A DNA stretch of 64,000 nt. It comes from Escherichia phage OSYSP. Location: sequence record MF402939; one strand, 5' to 3'. A program made the position numbers and the translations under genes. The first letter of the stretch is position 1. Every line of letters begins with the position of its first letter. Below the pieces are notes generated by a model. It was not told the origin of the DNA. It made no database searches and saw nothing but the letters and a program-made list of their open reading frames with translations. Below are positions 8,938 to 19,875 of the stretch, in pieces.

Positions 8938-10410
8938 ATGACCTTGTTTAACGTGCAAGCTGTAGTGTTGAAGATGCTTCTAGCTTCCGAACAGAAGCAA
9001 ATAGCATTGGAAACATTCTCAAAACTGCATAAAGATCATTTTAATGACGCTTTCTCCTCAATTTACCAAGCCGTCCAGAATTATTATAAAAAATATAACA
9101 CAATGCCGTCCATTGACGCACTGATGCTTGAGGCTAATAGGAACGCCCGCCTTTCTCAAGCTCTAGTCGTTTTAGCTAACACTCAAATTCCAGAAGTTAG
9201 CATGGAACAGGCACTTGAAGTCCTAGAGGCCGAGTATACACAGGATTTATTCCTGAAGCTTCTAGAAACAGACGTGCTTCAAGATTTAACAATGCTGGAT
9301 CAGGGAGAAATTCTTAACCGAGTTGCCTCCCTTCACTTAAAATTAGAAGAGAAAGTAACGAATACTGGAAAAGTATTCAACGCAGATAATATGCGTATTT
9401 TCCAGAGAGAAGAAGATACCAAACTGAACTTAATCGCTCTTGGTATTTGTAATGAGTTCGACGCTCAAATTGGTTTAGCTCGCACAGAAACGTTACTGCT
9501 TGGTGGTTGGCGTGGTACTGGTAAATCCATTATCTGTTCAAACATACAGGTTCAGCAATATTTGAATGGGGATATTGCTCCATACTTCTCAATTGAGATG
9601 AAAGAACATGAAGTATTTAGACGTAATCTAGCCATGTTAGCTGGTGTATCAGCACTAGCAATGCGTAATAATACTCTAGAAGGTGCAGCTCTGTTGAGAT
9701 TAGCCAGAACTAGAGCTAGGATGTTTAACGGTGGTGAAGAGCTCTTCGATAACTTCGTTAAACAGTATACAATGGCTAAGATGAGTGATTTCTACGACAT
9801 GGAGAGTAAGCTAATAGAAGGGTATGAGCTACATACTCCTATGATTATTGTTTATGACCCTGAGCTGTCTATTACAACAGTTGACGTAGAATTAAATAAA
9901 TTAGTTGCTAGATATGGGGATAAAGTTACAGTAGCTTTACTGGACTATATTAACCAAACCCGACTTCCAGACTCTAAAACCATTGATATGTATGACTGGA
10001 AAGAACAGATGGTTGTTAGCTCGTCTTTCAAATCTATCTGCCAGAAACATAACGTGGCTGGTGTAGCTCCTTACCAGATTGATCAAGATGGTAGAACACG
10101 TATGTCAAAAGGGATTCTTGATTCCGCAGACATGGCTGCTAATCTTAATGCTGCAAAAGCTGATAATGGTCAAGGTGCTATTATGTTTGACTTCGTTAAG
10201 ACTCGTTCTTCTGATAGCGTGAAGTTTATGCCTAAAATGAACTGGGAAACCCTGCGGATGGATAACACTACCAACCTAGCAATGGAAGATATATCTCAAA
10301 TGGAAGCTGAGTTCGTTATCCCTATTGAGAAGGATAAGCCGGCTCAATCTAAACGTGCTAAGAAAGACAAAGCTGAAAATTCAACAGGTGAACAGGCCAG
10401 CGATATATGA
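8938..10410 (+). CDS. Putative DnaB-like/RecA-fold replicative helicase
   Basis: Walker A GWRGTGKS; AAGGAG Shine-Dalgarno before ATG at 8938; lies directly upstream of primase. Confidence 0.55.
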   Translation: MTLFNVQAVVLKMLLASEQKQIALETFSKLHKDHFNDAFSSIYQAVQNYYKKYNTMPSIDALMLEANRNARLSQALVVLANTQIPEVSMEQALEVLEAEYTQDLFLKLLETDVLQDLTMLDQGEILNRVASLHLKLEEKVTNTGKVFNADNMRIFQREEDTKLNLIALGICNEFDAQIGLARTETLLLGGWRGTGKSIICSNIQVQQYLNGDIAPYFSIEMKEHEVFRRNLAMLAGVSALAMRNNTLEGAALLRLARTRARMFNGGEELFDNFVKQYTMAKMSDFYDMESKLIEGYELHTPMIIVYDPELSITTVDVELNKLVARYGDKVTVALLDYINQTRLPDSKTIDMYDWKEQMVVSSSFKSICQKHNVAGVAPYQIDQDGRTRMSKGILDSADMAANLNAAKADNGQGAIMFDFVKTRSSDSVKFMPKMNWETLRMDNTTNLAMEDISQMEAEFVIPIEKDKPAQSKRAKKDKAENSTGEQASDI

Positions 10411-11297
10411 GTAGAATAACAGAACTACTTGATCTGAAAGGCATTGAATATAAAGACACAGGTGGGGACATCCTCATCTGTTGTCTCAATCCAGATCATG
10501 ACGATAAACACCCAAGTTTGCGTATTGACCCTGAAACAGGTATTATGCACTGCTTGAGTTGTGGCTTCGGTAAAGGTATACCGAGCATTTACCATTATTT
10601 TAATGAGACTCAGTACCGACAGTCCCCAAGGCTATCGCAAGTACGTAAAAAGATTTCAGAGATTAGGAATGGATCAACGAATCTTGCAATTCCTGAATCT
10701 GCTTACCTTTTCGAAGGTGATTTCCGAGGTATAAGTTCTAAGACCTTGAAGAAATATTTTGCTTTCCAACACCAAGCAGACTGGGAAGGCAGAATTGTAT
10801 TCCCAATCACAGATGCTGTTGGACGCAATATCCTATTTTTGGGTCGTTCTATAAACAGTTCTGCCCCTCCTAAATACTTAGTAAAACCAAAACAAGTTTC
10901 ACCGCCAATTTTTCCTGTACGATATAATACTCCAGTCCTTATTCTAGTTGAAGGCATCTTTGATATGCTGAACCTAGAGGATAATGGTATAGACTATGCT
11001 TCTTGCTGCTTTGGTACACATCAGTTTACTTCGGATAACATTGCAGATAAGTTCAGTCCTTATATTATCGCCGGTGTAAAAGTTGTTGTTATCTTACTAG
11101 ATAATGATGCTTCTGGTAATAAAGCTGCCCAGGCTCTAGCAAAATTAATTCGTACAAAAACACGTTTAACACCTGTAGTTGCTAACTTCTTACTTCCAGA
11201 GGGTAAGGATCCTGGTGATTTAAATAAAGAAGAAGTCGATACGTTAGCAAAACGTATTGAAATTTTAGTTGCTGAATCACTTAAAGATTTGGTATAA
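10407..11297 (+). CDS. DNA primase (zinc-ribbon plus TOPRIM)
   Basis: CxxxxH...CxxC zinc motif and TOPRIM-like EGIFD / LLDNDASG motifs. Confidence 0.75.
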   Translation: MSRITELLDLKGIEYKDTGGDILICCLNPDHDDKHPSLRIDPETGIMHCLSCGFGKGIPSIYHYFNETQYRQSPRLSQVRKKISEIRNGSTNLAIPESAYLFEGDFRGISSKTLKKYFAFQHQADWEGRIVFPITDAVGRNILFLGRSINSSAPPKYLVKPKQVSPPIFPVRYNTPVLILVEGIFDMLNLEDNGIDYASCCFGTHQFTSDNIADKFSPYIIAGVKVVVILLDNDASGNKAAQALAKLIRTKTRLTPVVANFLLPEGKDPGDLNKEEVDTLAKRIEILVAESLKDLV

Positions 11298-11300
11298 TAT
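11285..11300 (+). promoter_or_regulatory. Extended -10 promoter (TGGTATAAT)
   Basis: TGnTATAAT motif. Confidence 0.4.
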
Positions 11301-11359
11301 ATTGGTAAGTTAGAGAAGAAACACTGAAGTTATACTTACTTACCAAGAGGAGATTAAAT

Positions 11360-13927
11360 TTGAAAATCGCAGTAGTTGATAAAGCTCTAAATAACACTCG
11401 TTACGATAAACATTTCCAGCTATACGGCGAGGAAGTTGATGTATTCCATATGTGTAACGAGAAGTTGTCCGGTCGTTTGCTCAAAAAGCATATTACTATC
11501 GGGACTCCGGAAAACCCATTTGACCCGAATGATTATGATTTTGTTATACTGGTAGGTGCCGAACCTTTTCTGTACTTTGCAGGTAAGAAAGGTATTGGTG
11601 ATTATACCGGTAAACGTGTAGAGTATAATGGATATGCTAACTGGATTGCTAGTATCAGCCCAGCCCAGTTACACTTTAAACCTGAAATGAAACCAGTTTT
11701 TGATGCAACAGTAGAGAATATCCACGATATTATCAATGGTCGTGAGAAGATTGCAAAAGCTGGTGATTACCGTCCTATTACTGACCCTGACGAGGCAGAA
11801 GAATATATCAAGATGGTGTATAATATGGTTATCGGACCTGTCGCATTCGACTCCGAAACCTCAGCACTATACTGTCGAGATGGTTATCTGCTTGGTGTTT
11901 CTATATCTCACCAAGAGTATCAGGGTGTATATATTGATTCTGATTGTCTCACAGAGGTTGCAGTATATTATCTCCAGAAAATTCTAGATAGTGAAAACCA
12001 CACTATTGTTTTTCACAACTTGAAGTTTGATATGCACTTTTATAAGTACCATCTGGGACTTACTTTTGATAAAGCACATAAAGAACGCAGGCTCCATGAT
12101 ACCATGTTGCAGCACTATGTTCTAGATGAACGTCGTGGTACTCATGGCTTGAAATCTCTAGCAATGAAGTATACCGATATGGGTGACTATGACTTCGAAC
12201 TAGATAAGTTCAAAGATGATTACTGCAAAGCACATAAAATCAAGAAAGAAGATTTCACCTATGATTTAATTCCATTTGATATTATGTGGCCGTATGCTGC
12301 GAAAGATACAGATGCTACTATACGTTTGCACAACTTCTTTTTACCAAAAATTGAGAAGAATGAAAAACTTTGCAGTCTGTACTATGATGTTTTGATGCCT
12401 GGTTGCGTATTCTTGCAACGTGTTGAGGATCGTGGAGTACCTATCTCTATTGATCGTTTGAAAGAAGCTCAGTATCAATTGACCCATAATTTGAATAAAG
12501 CCCGTGAGAAACTGTACACTTATCCAGAAGTTAAACAGCTAGAACAAGGTCAGAATGAAGCATTTAACCCGAACTCTGTTAAGCAACTTCGTGTTCTTCT
12601 GTTCGATTATGTTGGTTTGACTCCAACTGGTAAGTTAACAGATACGGGTGCAGATTCTACAAACGCAGAAGCTCTGAATGAGTTGGCAACCCAGCATCCT
12701 ATTGCTAAAACTCTTCTAGAGATTCGTAAGCTGACTAAGCTGATCTCTACTTATGTTGAGAAGATTCTACTGAGTATTGATGCAGATGGTTGCATTCGTA
12801 CTGGTTTCCATGAACATATGACTACTTCTGGTCGTCTGAGTTCTTCTGGTAAACTGAACCTGCAACAGCTACCTCGTGATGAATCTATTATTAAGGGTTG
12901 TGTAGTTGCACCACCTGGATACCGTGTAATCGCGTGGGACTTAACAACTGCGGAAGTTTACTATGCTGCTGTTCTATCTGGTGATAGAAATATGCAACAA
13001 GTATTTATCAACATGAGAAATGAACCCGATAAATACCCTGACTTCCACTCTAACATCGCCCACATGGTATTTAAATTGCAATGTGAACCTCGTGATGTTA
13101 AGAAGCTGTTCCCAGCTCTACGTCAGGCAGCTAAGGCAATTACCTTTGGTATTTTGTATGGTTCTGGCCCGGCTAAAGTAGCACATTCTGTTAACGAAGC
13201 ATTGCTAGAGCAAGCAGCCAAAACTGGTGAACCGTTTGTTGAATGTACTGTTGCAGATGCTAAAGAGTACATTGAGACTTACTTTAGTCAATTCCCACAG
13301 CTTAAGCGTTGGATTGATAAGTGCCACGATCAGATCAAGAATCATGGGTTTATCTATAGTCACTTTGGTCGTAAACGTCGTCTGCATAATATCCATTCCG
13401 AAGACCGTGGCGTTCAGGGTGAAGAAATTCGTTCTGGATTTAACGCAATCATTCAGTCTGCTTCTTCTGATAGTCTCCTTTTAGGTGCTGTAGATGCAGA
13501 TAATGAGATCATTTCTCTTGGCTTAGAACAAGAGATGAAGATTGTTATGCTGGTTCATGACTCCGTAGTTGCTATTGTTCGCGAGGATTTGATCGACCAG
13601 TACAATGAAATCCTGATTCGTAATATTCAGAAAGACCGTGGTATCAGTATTCCTGGCTGTCCTATTGGTATTGATTCAGATTCTGAAGCTGGAGGTTCTC
13701 GTGACTATTCTTGTGGTAAGATGAAGAAACAGCATCCATCAATTGCTTGTATTGATGATGACGAATATACTCGTTACGTTAAAGAAATGCTACTTGATGC
13801 AGATTTCGAGTATAAGAAATTAGCTGCAATGGATAAAGAACATCCAGACCACAGCAAGTACAAGGATGATAAGTTTATTGCTGTATGTAAAGATCTGGAT
13901 AACGTGAAAAGGATTCTCGGTGCTTAA
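11360..13927 (+). CDS. Family A DNA polymerase with 3'-5' exonuclease domain (855 aa, TTG start)
   Basis: Exo motif FDSETS, pol motif A (DLTTAE), motif B (KAITFGILYGSG), motif C (VHDS); length matches the T5 polymerase. Confidence 0.95.
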   Translation: MKIAVVDKALNNTRYDKHFQLYGEEVDVFHMCNEKLSGRLLKKHITIGTPENPFDPNDYDFVILVGAEPFLYFAGKKGIGDYTGKRVEYNGYANWIASISPAQLHFKPEMKPVFDATVENIHDIINGREKIAKAGDYRPITDPDEAEEYIKMVYNMVIGPVAFDSETSALYCRDGYLLGVSISHQEYQGVYIDSDCLTEVAVYYLQKILDSENHTIVFHNLKFDMHFYKYHLGLTFDKAHKERRLHDTMLQHYVLDERRGTHGLKSLAMKYTDMGDYDFELDKFKDDYCKAHKIKKEDFTYDLIPFDIMWPYAAKDTDATIRLHNFFLPKIEKNEKLCSLYYDVLMPGCVFLQRVEDRGVPISIDRLKEAQYQLTHNLNKAREKLYTYPEVKQLEQGQNEAFNPNSVKQLRVLLFDYVGLTPTGKLTDTGADSTNAEALNELATQHPIAKTLLEIRKLTKLISTYVEKILLSIDADGCIRTGFHEHMTTSGRLSSSGKLNLQQLPRDESIIKGCVVAPPGYRVIAWDLTTAEVYYAAVLSGDRNMQQVFINMRNEPDKYPDFHSNIAHMVFKLQCEPRDVKKLFPALRQAAKAITFGILYGSGPAKVAHSVNEALLEQAAKTGEPFVECTVADAKEYIETYFSQFPQLKRWIDKCHDQIKNHGFIYSHFGRKRRLHNIHSEDRGVQGEEIRSGFNAIIQSASSDSLLLGAVDADNEIISLGLEQEMKIVMLVHDSVVAIVREDLIDQYNEILIRNIQKDRGISIPGCPIGIDSDSEAGGSRDYSCGKMKKQHPSIACIDDDEYTRYVKEMLLDADFEYKKLAAMDKEHPDHSKYKDDKFIAVCKDLDNVKRILGA

Positions 13928-14417
13928 TTTCAAATTGCCCGTCTATGCGTTACGGGCGTTTGTATCAATTGAGCAAGAAGGTGATTATTCCGTAATTACA
14001 ACAAGGTATAATAAATATGTGCTAGATAACAGGAAGTTGCCTGGCACGTTTTCTCAACGTAGGCTTATTCTATTTGAGAAACGGAAAGAATTACCATACA
14101 AGCTCTACCCTATTAGAGGTAGAATATCAATGTTGTCTCAATTAGTTGGGTCAAAGCGTAGCCAATTTATAGATTCTGATGGAAATCTTATTAACTGGAA
14201 GAAAACTACGTTCTATGATGTTGTCACCTCTAAAGTTTTGCATTCAGCTAGAATTTATAATGGAAAATACCAATGCTATGTGGCTAAAGTCCCTTATCCA
14301 TTTGTATTATCCTATGTTCCAGCTTATATAAGCTATATTCTGGTAAATAATAGCCATGTTATTTATCAAGTCCATCAAGAGGAGCCTGAAATTCCTAGAC
14401 TTAGAATAAAATTATGA
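13920..14417 (+). CDS. Hypothetical protein (165 aa)
   Basis: ORF track; translationally coupled to neighbours. Confidence 0.5.
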   Translation: MLNFKLPVYALRAFVSIEQEGDYSVITTRYNKYVLDNRKLPGTFSQRRLILFEKRKELPYKLYPIRGRISMLSQLVGSKRSQFIDSDGNLINWKKTTFYDVVTSKVLHSARIYNGKYQCYVAKVPYPFVLSYVPAYISYILVNNSHVIYQVHQEEPEIPRLRIKL

Positions 14418-15766
14418 AGGTTGTTATATCTAATAAAGCCTATTTCAAGCCCGATGATGAACTTTGGGATTATTGTAGTAAGCAAACCACTTATCACATA
14501 GAGACAATGACTAGTAAATACCCTATTATGTATAAGAATAGTGGTGTTGTTGCCAAAGAGATTAAGTGGATTCCTATTACGCGTCTGGACTTACTAGATG
14601 CTAAAGGAGTAAAATACGAATTAGTCGATAAACGTACATTAGCTCCGGTAGACATACCAAAACCTAAGTTCAAATTGCGCGAAGAAGATCAACTTCCAAT
14701 ATACGAAGAGTGCGATGATACCTGTATTATTAATGGTAAGCCTGGATTTGGTAAAACTATCCTAGCCCTTGCACTTGCGTATAAATTTGGTCAGAAAACT
14801 TTGGTAATCTGTACGAATACATCCATTCGTGAAATGTGGGCGGCAGAAGTTCGTAAATGGTTTGGGTTTGAACCAGGCATCATAGGTTCTGGGAAATACA
14901 ATATTGATCCACCAATTGTAGTCAGTAATATTCAAACAGTGAATAAACACGCGAATAATCTTTCTAAAGTATTCGGTACTGTTATAGTTGATGAAGTTCA
15001 CCATTGTGTGGCTACAACTTTCACTAACTTCCTAGAAATATCATGTGCTCGCTATAAAATTGGACTATCCGGTACACTAAAACGAAAAGATGGTTTACAA
15101 GTTATGTTCAAAGATTTCTTTGGATATAAGATATTTAGCCCGCCGGTTAATAATACTGTTGCACCTACAATCCATAGGTACTCCGTGCCTGTTGAGCTAT
15201 CAGGAAACCAAAACGTGCCGTGGGCATTACGTGCTAACGATGTGTATAATCATCCTGAATATCGAGAGACTATTATAAACCTAGCACATTTATATGTGAA
15301 TATGGGACATAAAGTACTCATTGTAAGTGATAGAACAGAGTTAATCCAAACAGTACTAGAAGCACTATCTCAGAGAGGAGTCACAACCTATGAGATTATT
15401 GGCGCAACTCACTTAGATGACCGATTAAAAATTCAGGAAGATATAGCAAAAGGTGGGCCTTGTGTGCTTGCAGCAGCTCAAAGTATCTTCTCTGAGGGTA
15501 TTTCCCTTAATGAGCTATCTTGTTTAATAATGGGAAGCCTTATTAATAATGAATCTCTCATTGAACAGCTTGCAGGCCGTGTTCAACGTATTGTCGATGG
15601 TAAACTCGACCCTATTGTTGTAGATCTAATTATGAAAGGTGGCACTGGACTAAGACAGGCTTCTGGACGTATGGCAGTATATCGTAACAACGGGTGGAAA
15701 ACTATTACTATGACTCCGGAGAAAGCAGTTCAATTAGCTAAAATTGCATTTGGCAACAGCTCATAA
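14414..15766 (+). CDS. SF2 DNA helicase (D10-like)
   Basis: Walker A GKPGFGKT and DEVHH box. Confidence 0.85.
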   Translation: MKVVISNKAYFKPDDELWDYCSKQTTYHIETMTSKYPIMYKNSGVVAKEIKWIPITRLDLLDAKGVKYELVDKRTLAPVDIPKPKFKLREEDQLPIYEECDDTCIINGKPGFGKTILALALAYKFGQKTLVICTNTSIREMWAAEVRKWFGFEPGIIGSGKYNIDPPIVVSNIQTVNKHANNLSKVFGTVIVDEVHHCVATTFTNFLEISCARYKIGLSGTLKRKDGLQVMFKDFFGYKIFSPPVNNTVAPTIHRYSVPVELSGNQNVPWALRANDVYNHPEYRETIINLAHLYVNMGHKVLIVSDRTELIQTVLEALSQRGVTTYEIIGATHLDDRLKIQEDIAKGGPCVLAAAQSIFSEGISLNELSCLIMGSLINNESLIEQLAGRVQRIVDGKLDPIVVDLIMKGGTGLRQASGRMAVYRNNGWKTITMTPEKAVQLAKIAFGNSS

Positions 15767-15769
15767 ATG

Positions 15770-15800
15770 ATGTATAATATATACATAAATTTGAGAGAGA
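15770..15800 (+). promoter_or_regulatory. Early promoter (TATAAT + CATAAATTTGAGAGAGAG leader)
   Basis: Match to the recurring promoter module. Confidence 0.5.
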
Positions 15801-15849
15801 GAAAGTTTCGGATTGATAAGAAAGTCCGAAGCAGAAAAATAAAAATTTT

Positions 15850-15895
15850 AGTTGCTAAATTCTCTCGAAATCTAGTATAATATATACATAAATTC
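15850..15895 (+). promoter_or_regulatory. Early promoter (TTGCTA ... TATAAT + CATAAATTCGAGGAG leader)
   Basis: Consensus hexamers. Confidence 0.6.
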
Positions 15896-15988
15896 GAGGA
15901 GAAAACAAAAATTAAATTCTTCGATTATGAAAAGCTATACTTACTAGCTAGAGGAAATTCCGACCTAATTATTAAGCTATTCAAAAGA

Positions 15989-16273
15989 ATGCTTACGGAG
16001 CCTGATGCTCACCAATTATTGGTCGGTTCCTCATTCATTTTGAATGAATCAACAATAGTTGATAATCCAAATAAATTGTCTAATAGACAACTGGCAGAAT
16101 ATCTAGGAATTTTAAGTCTACGAAATTATGCCGAATACAAGTTTACAAACGATCCTAGTTTGGACATACAATATGTTCCAGTATGGATACCACGTTTAGT
16201 AATCGACACTAACCCACTAATCGCAATTAACAAATCGAAATTAATCTTTAAAGAGGAAATAAAATATGGCTAA
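15989..16273 (+). CDS. Hypothetical protein (94 aa)
   Basis: ORF track. Confidence 0.4.
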   Translation: MLTEPDAHQLLVGSSFILNESTIVDNPNKLSNRQLAEYLGILSLRNYAEYKFTNDPSLDIQYVPVWIPRLVIDTNPLIAINKSKLIFKEEIKYG

Positions 16274-17039
16274 GTCTTGGGGCGAAACTACTGGCGGTTC
16301 TAACGATAAAATCGAATTCCTGAAGTTCAACAACGGTATCACTCGTGTTCGTATCGTTTCTGGTGTTCTTCCACGTTATGTCTATTGGCTGACTAATAAA
16401 GAGGGTAGCGTAGCTCCTTTCGAATGTCTCCGTTTTAACCGTGACAAAGAGAGTTTTGTTCGTGGTAAAGCTGATCCGGTTCATGAGATGGGCTTCTTTG
16501 AGAAAGAGCTGGATAAAGATGGTAATCGCGTTCCGCTGAAACCGAAGAAAAACTATATCGCTTTTGTTATCGACCGTTCTGATAACAAACTGAAAGTAAT
16601 GGAAGTCAAAGCTACTATTCTGAAAGGCATCCAGTCTATCATGAAGCAGTTGAATCTGGCAACTCCGTTTGATATTGATATTTCTATCGAGAAAAAAGGT
16701 AAAGGTTTCGATACTGAGTATGATGTACAGCAGATTGCTGCTATGCAGTTCCAGATTAAGCTGCAAGATCCTAACAGTGCAGAATCTAAGCAATATGCTG
16801 CGGATGTAGATCTGATTGGTGAAGCTATGTGTGACGAAGATGGCGACATCATTAAGTTCGAAAAAGTTCCTTCTCTGGAACAAACTTATCCGGTTCCTAC
16901 CTATGAAGAGCAGAAAGAAGCAATTCAAGCCTTCATGGAAGGTCGTGAGAATAAAGATGATGATGCCAAGTCTGGTAACAGCACTGCTGGTTCCCAGAAA
17001 GGTATTGATCACGAAGCTGCAAGCGATCTGGATGACTAA
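16266..17039 (+). CDS. Putative ssDNA-binding or other DNA-binding protein with acidic C-terminal tail
   Basis: Acidic C-terminus (…DHEAASDLDD); location inside the replication/recombination module. Confidence 0.35.
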   Translation: MAKSWGETTGGSNDKIEFLKFNNGITRVRIVSGVLPRYVYWLTNKEGSVAPFECLRFNRDKESFVRGKADPVHEMGFFEKELDKDGNRVPLKPKKNYIAFVIDRSDNKLKVMEVKATILKGIQSIMKQLNLATPFDIDISIEKKGKGFDTEYDVQQIAAMQFQIKLQDPNSAESKQYAADVDLIGEAMCDEDGDIIKFEKVPSLEQTYPVPTYEEQKEAIQAFMEGRENKDDDAKSGNSTAGSQKGIDHEAASDLDD

Positions 17040-17044
17040 TAAAT

Positions 17045-17070
17045 AGAGGGGCTTCGGCCCCTTTCTTTTT
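17045..17070 (+). terminator. Rho-independent terminator (GGGGC-TTCG-GCCCC + TTTCTTTTT)
   Basis: Hairpin plus T-run. Confidence 0.75.
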
Positions 17071-17075
17071 AACCA

Positions 17076-18053
17076 ATGAGAATATTATTTAGTGCTGATC
17101 ATCATATCAAACTAGGACAGGATAAAGTTCCAAAGGAATGGCAGAAGCGTCGCTTCCTGATGCTAGGAGAACGGTTAAATGATATATTCCATAATCATAA
17201 CTGTGATCTTCATATTGCTGGTGGTGATATACTTGATGTTGCCGACCCGTCGTCAGAAGAAATAGAACTGCTTGAACAGTTCATGTCAAGACTTGACCAT
17301 CCAGGCAAAATCTTTACTGGAAATCATGAAATGTTAACTAAAACCATTTCGTGTCTATATCATTATGCGGGGGTTATTAATAAAGTAACTAGTGGGAAGT
17401 GGGAAGTAATTACCAAACCATATCGTTCCCCTGAATTTGATATTGTTCCGTATGATGAAATCCATAAGTCTAAGTGGAAACCATCTGAATCAAAACTATG
17501 TTTCACGCATGTTCGTGGTGAAATCCCTCCACATGTAAAACCAGAAATTGATCTAACTAAGTACAACTGTTATGATACTGTAATTGCTGGCGATTTACAT
17601 TCTTATACTAATAGCCAGACTATCGGATCTACTAGACTCCTCTACCCAGGGTCTCCATTAACTACATCGTTCCATAGAGAACGCACAAAAGGTACAAATG
17701 GTTGCTTTATCATTGATACCGACACATTAAAAGTAGAATGGATTGAACTAGGTGATTTACCACAACTGATCCGTAAAACAATCGGAGCAGGTGAAGAGAT
17801 GGAACCTAGTGATTATGATCGTGTAGTCTACGAAGTTACTGGTGACGTTGTTCAATTAAAGTCTATCAAAGACTCTGATTTATTAGATAAGAAGATTAAC
17901 CATCGAGTTACTAAAGATGCTAAGTTAAATCTTGTTGATCTTGATATGTTGGGCGAACTTGAACTTTACTTCCGTGAAGTCGAGAAGCTATCTCAAGGCG
18001 ACATTGATAGAATCTTGGCTAGAGCTGCGAAATATGTCAAAGATTACAATTAA
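17076..18053 (+). CDS. SbcD/Mre11-like metallophosphoesterase nuclease
   Basis: Calcineurin-like phosphoesterase motifs (SADHH, GGD, GNHE). Confidence 0.8.
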   Translation: MRILFSADHHIKLGQDKVPKEWQKRRFLMLGERLNDIFHNHNCDLHIAGGDILDVADPSSEEIELLEQFMSRLDHPGKIFTGNHEMLTKTISCLYHYAGVINKVTSGKWEVITKPYRSPEFDIVPYDEIHKSKWKPSESKLCFTHVRGEIPPHVKPEIDLTKYNCYDTVIAGDLHSYTNSQTIGSTRLLYPGSPLTTSFHRERTKGTNGCFIIDTDTLKVEWIELGDLPQLIRKTIGAGEEMEPSDYDRVVYEVTGDVVQLKSIKDSDLLDKKINHRVTKDAKLNLVDLDMLGELELYFREVEKLSQGDIDRILARAAKYVKDYN

Positions 18054-19872
18054 GACACTAAAATTTAGTAACGTTATGTCTTACGGTAAGGACATCGTAA
18101 TTCATTTCGATAAGAATCCAGTTACTCAACTAATCGGTGGCAATGGGCTAGGGAAATCTACTATCGCCACGGTTATAGAAGAGCTGTTCTATAATAAGAA
18201 CTCACGTGGTATTAAGAAAGATGCTCTGTTCTCTTGGTCTTCTCCGAAAAAAGAGTATGATATGCACGCTTACTTCTCAAAAGATGAAGATGAGTATGAA
18301 TTGCATAAAGTAGTTAAATCAACTGCTAAGGTTACACTCATTAAGAATGGAGAAGATATTAGTGGGCATACGGCAACCCAAACATATAAGATGATTGAAG
18401 AAATTATGGGGGGTGACTTTCAAACATTCACCAAACTGATTTATCAATCAGTGGGTTCTAATCTAGACTTCCTAAAAGCAACAGATGCAACACGTAAGGC
18501 TTTTCTTGTTAACTTGTTCAATCAAGAGCAATACAAAGAAATGTCAGAAACTATTAAGGCTGACCGTAAAGAAATAGCAAATACCTTAAATAATTTGCAG
18601 GGCCAGATGGCTGTAATTACGAAAATCCTTAATGGAAAAAATAATCTAGGAACTTTGCAGGAACCTGTAGAGGTGCCGGAGTTTGATGAAGAGCCATTAG
18701 CACAAGAACTTACTGAATCGAAAATTAAGGCGGCATTAGCCAAGTCTCAAGAGGCTAATATTACTAAGTTGCGTAATTTGGACAAAGCTGTACAAGTTGC
18801 CGAACAATCTTTCGAACCTTTCAAAAATTTGCCCGCGCCCACCGACCAAAGTGAAGAGATCTCGAGTGTTACGCGTGACCTAACGATTGTGACCTCACGT
18901 GCGAGCGAAGTTAAGAAACGTTATCAGAAGTTCAAGCAAGAGGCTTCAAATACTGAATGCCCTACTTGCGGTACTCATCTGGATACAACTGCTGCCCAAA
19001 AAGCAATGGATATGGCTAGAACAGAATATGATCCTCTGTTCAAAGAGAAGCAATCTCTTGAAGCTAAGCTAGAACAGTTGAAGAAAGAACAACTTGAGTA
19101 CGTTGCGTATACTAGAGCAAAGGATGCTTTGGATAAAGCGGTGGTAGCTAGAGACGAGTTCAAAAATTCAATGAGTGATGCTTCTTTTGAAGAACTCAAT
19201 GTGCAAATCCTACAGGTGCAAATCCGACAATTAGAACAGGAAATCGCTGATGGCCGCTCTAAGGTTGCAATTGCCAAAGAGCATAATGCAAATGTCGAAT
19301 TAGCCAACGCAAAATATAAAGCGAAACTAGAACAGATTGAGAAAGCTGAAGCAGAAATGTCTGAGATTACTTCCAAACTTGATGGAGTAGCCGAAGCTGT
19401 AGCTGATCTTGATATTCTAATTGCTGCTTTGAAAAATCTGGTGGGATATAAACTAGAGCATAGTGTGAAAGTATTCGAAGAATTAATTAATAAATACCTT
19501 TCTATTATGACTGGAGGTAAATTCGCACTTGGATTTGAACTTGATGAAACGAAGTTACAAGTAGTAATCTTCAATGATGGAAATCGTACCAGTATGGAGA
19601 ACTGCTCTACTGGTCAGCAAAGTAGAATTAATCTAGCAACCCTGTTAGCTATTCGTATGCTGTTAACATCTATTAGTAAAGTTAATATTAATCTTCTATT
19701 CCTTGATGAAGTAATTAGCTTTATTGATACGAAAGGACTTGATACTCTCGTTGAACTATTAAATGAGGAAGAAAGTCTAAATTCTATCATTGTTTCTCAT
19801 GGGCATACGCATCCATTAGCTCATAAGATTACTGTCAAAAAAGATGCAGAAGGATTTTCCTACTTAGAATAA
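18034..19872 (+). CDS. SbcC/Rad50-like ATPase
   Basis: Walker A GGNGLGKST, coiled-coil middle with CPTCG zinc hook, C-terminal ABC signature/D-loop (LLFLDEV). Confidence 0.85.
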   Translation: MSKITIKTLKFSNVMSYGKDIVIHFDKNPVTQLIGGNGLGKSTIATVIEELFYNKNSRGIKKDALFSWSSPKKEYDMHAYFSKDEDEYELHKVVKSTAKVTLIKNGEDISGHTATQTYKMIEEIMGGDFQTFTKLIYQSVGSNLDFLKATDATRKAFLVNLFNQEQYKEMSETIKADRKEIANTLNNLQGQMAVITKILNGKNNLGTLQEPVEVPEFDEEPLAQELTESKIKAALAKSQEANITKLRNLDKAVQVAEQSFEPFKNLPAPTDQSEEISSVTRDLTIVTSRASEVKKRYQKFKQEASNTECPTCGTHLDTTAAQKAMDMARTEYDPLFKEKQSLEAKLEQLKKEQLEYVAYTRAKDALDKAVVARDEFKNSMSDASFEELNVQILQVQIRQLEQEIADGRSKVAIAKEHNANVELANAKYKAKLEQIEKAEAEMSEITSKLDGVAEAVADLDILIAALKNLVGYKLEHSVKVFEELINKYLSIMTGGKFALGFELDETKLQVVIFNDGNRTSMENCSTGQQSRINLATLLAIRMLLTSISKVNINLLFLDEVISFIDTKGLDTLVELLNEEESLNSIIVSHGHTHPLAHKITVKKDAEGFSYLE

Positions 19873-19875
19873 AAC

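Noticed and set aside
11736-13484. Small ORFs inside or antisense to the DNA polymerase gene (11736..11987, 13205..13396, 13227..13484)
   Set aside because: Embedded in a well-supported polymerase coding sequence; no independent start signals.
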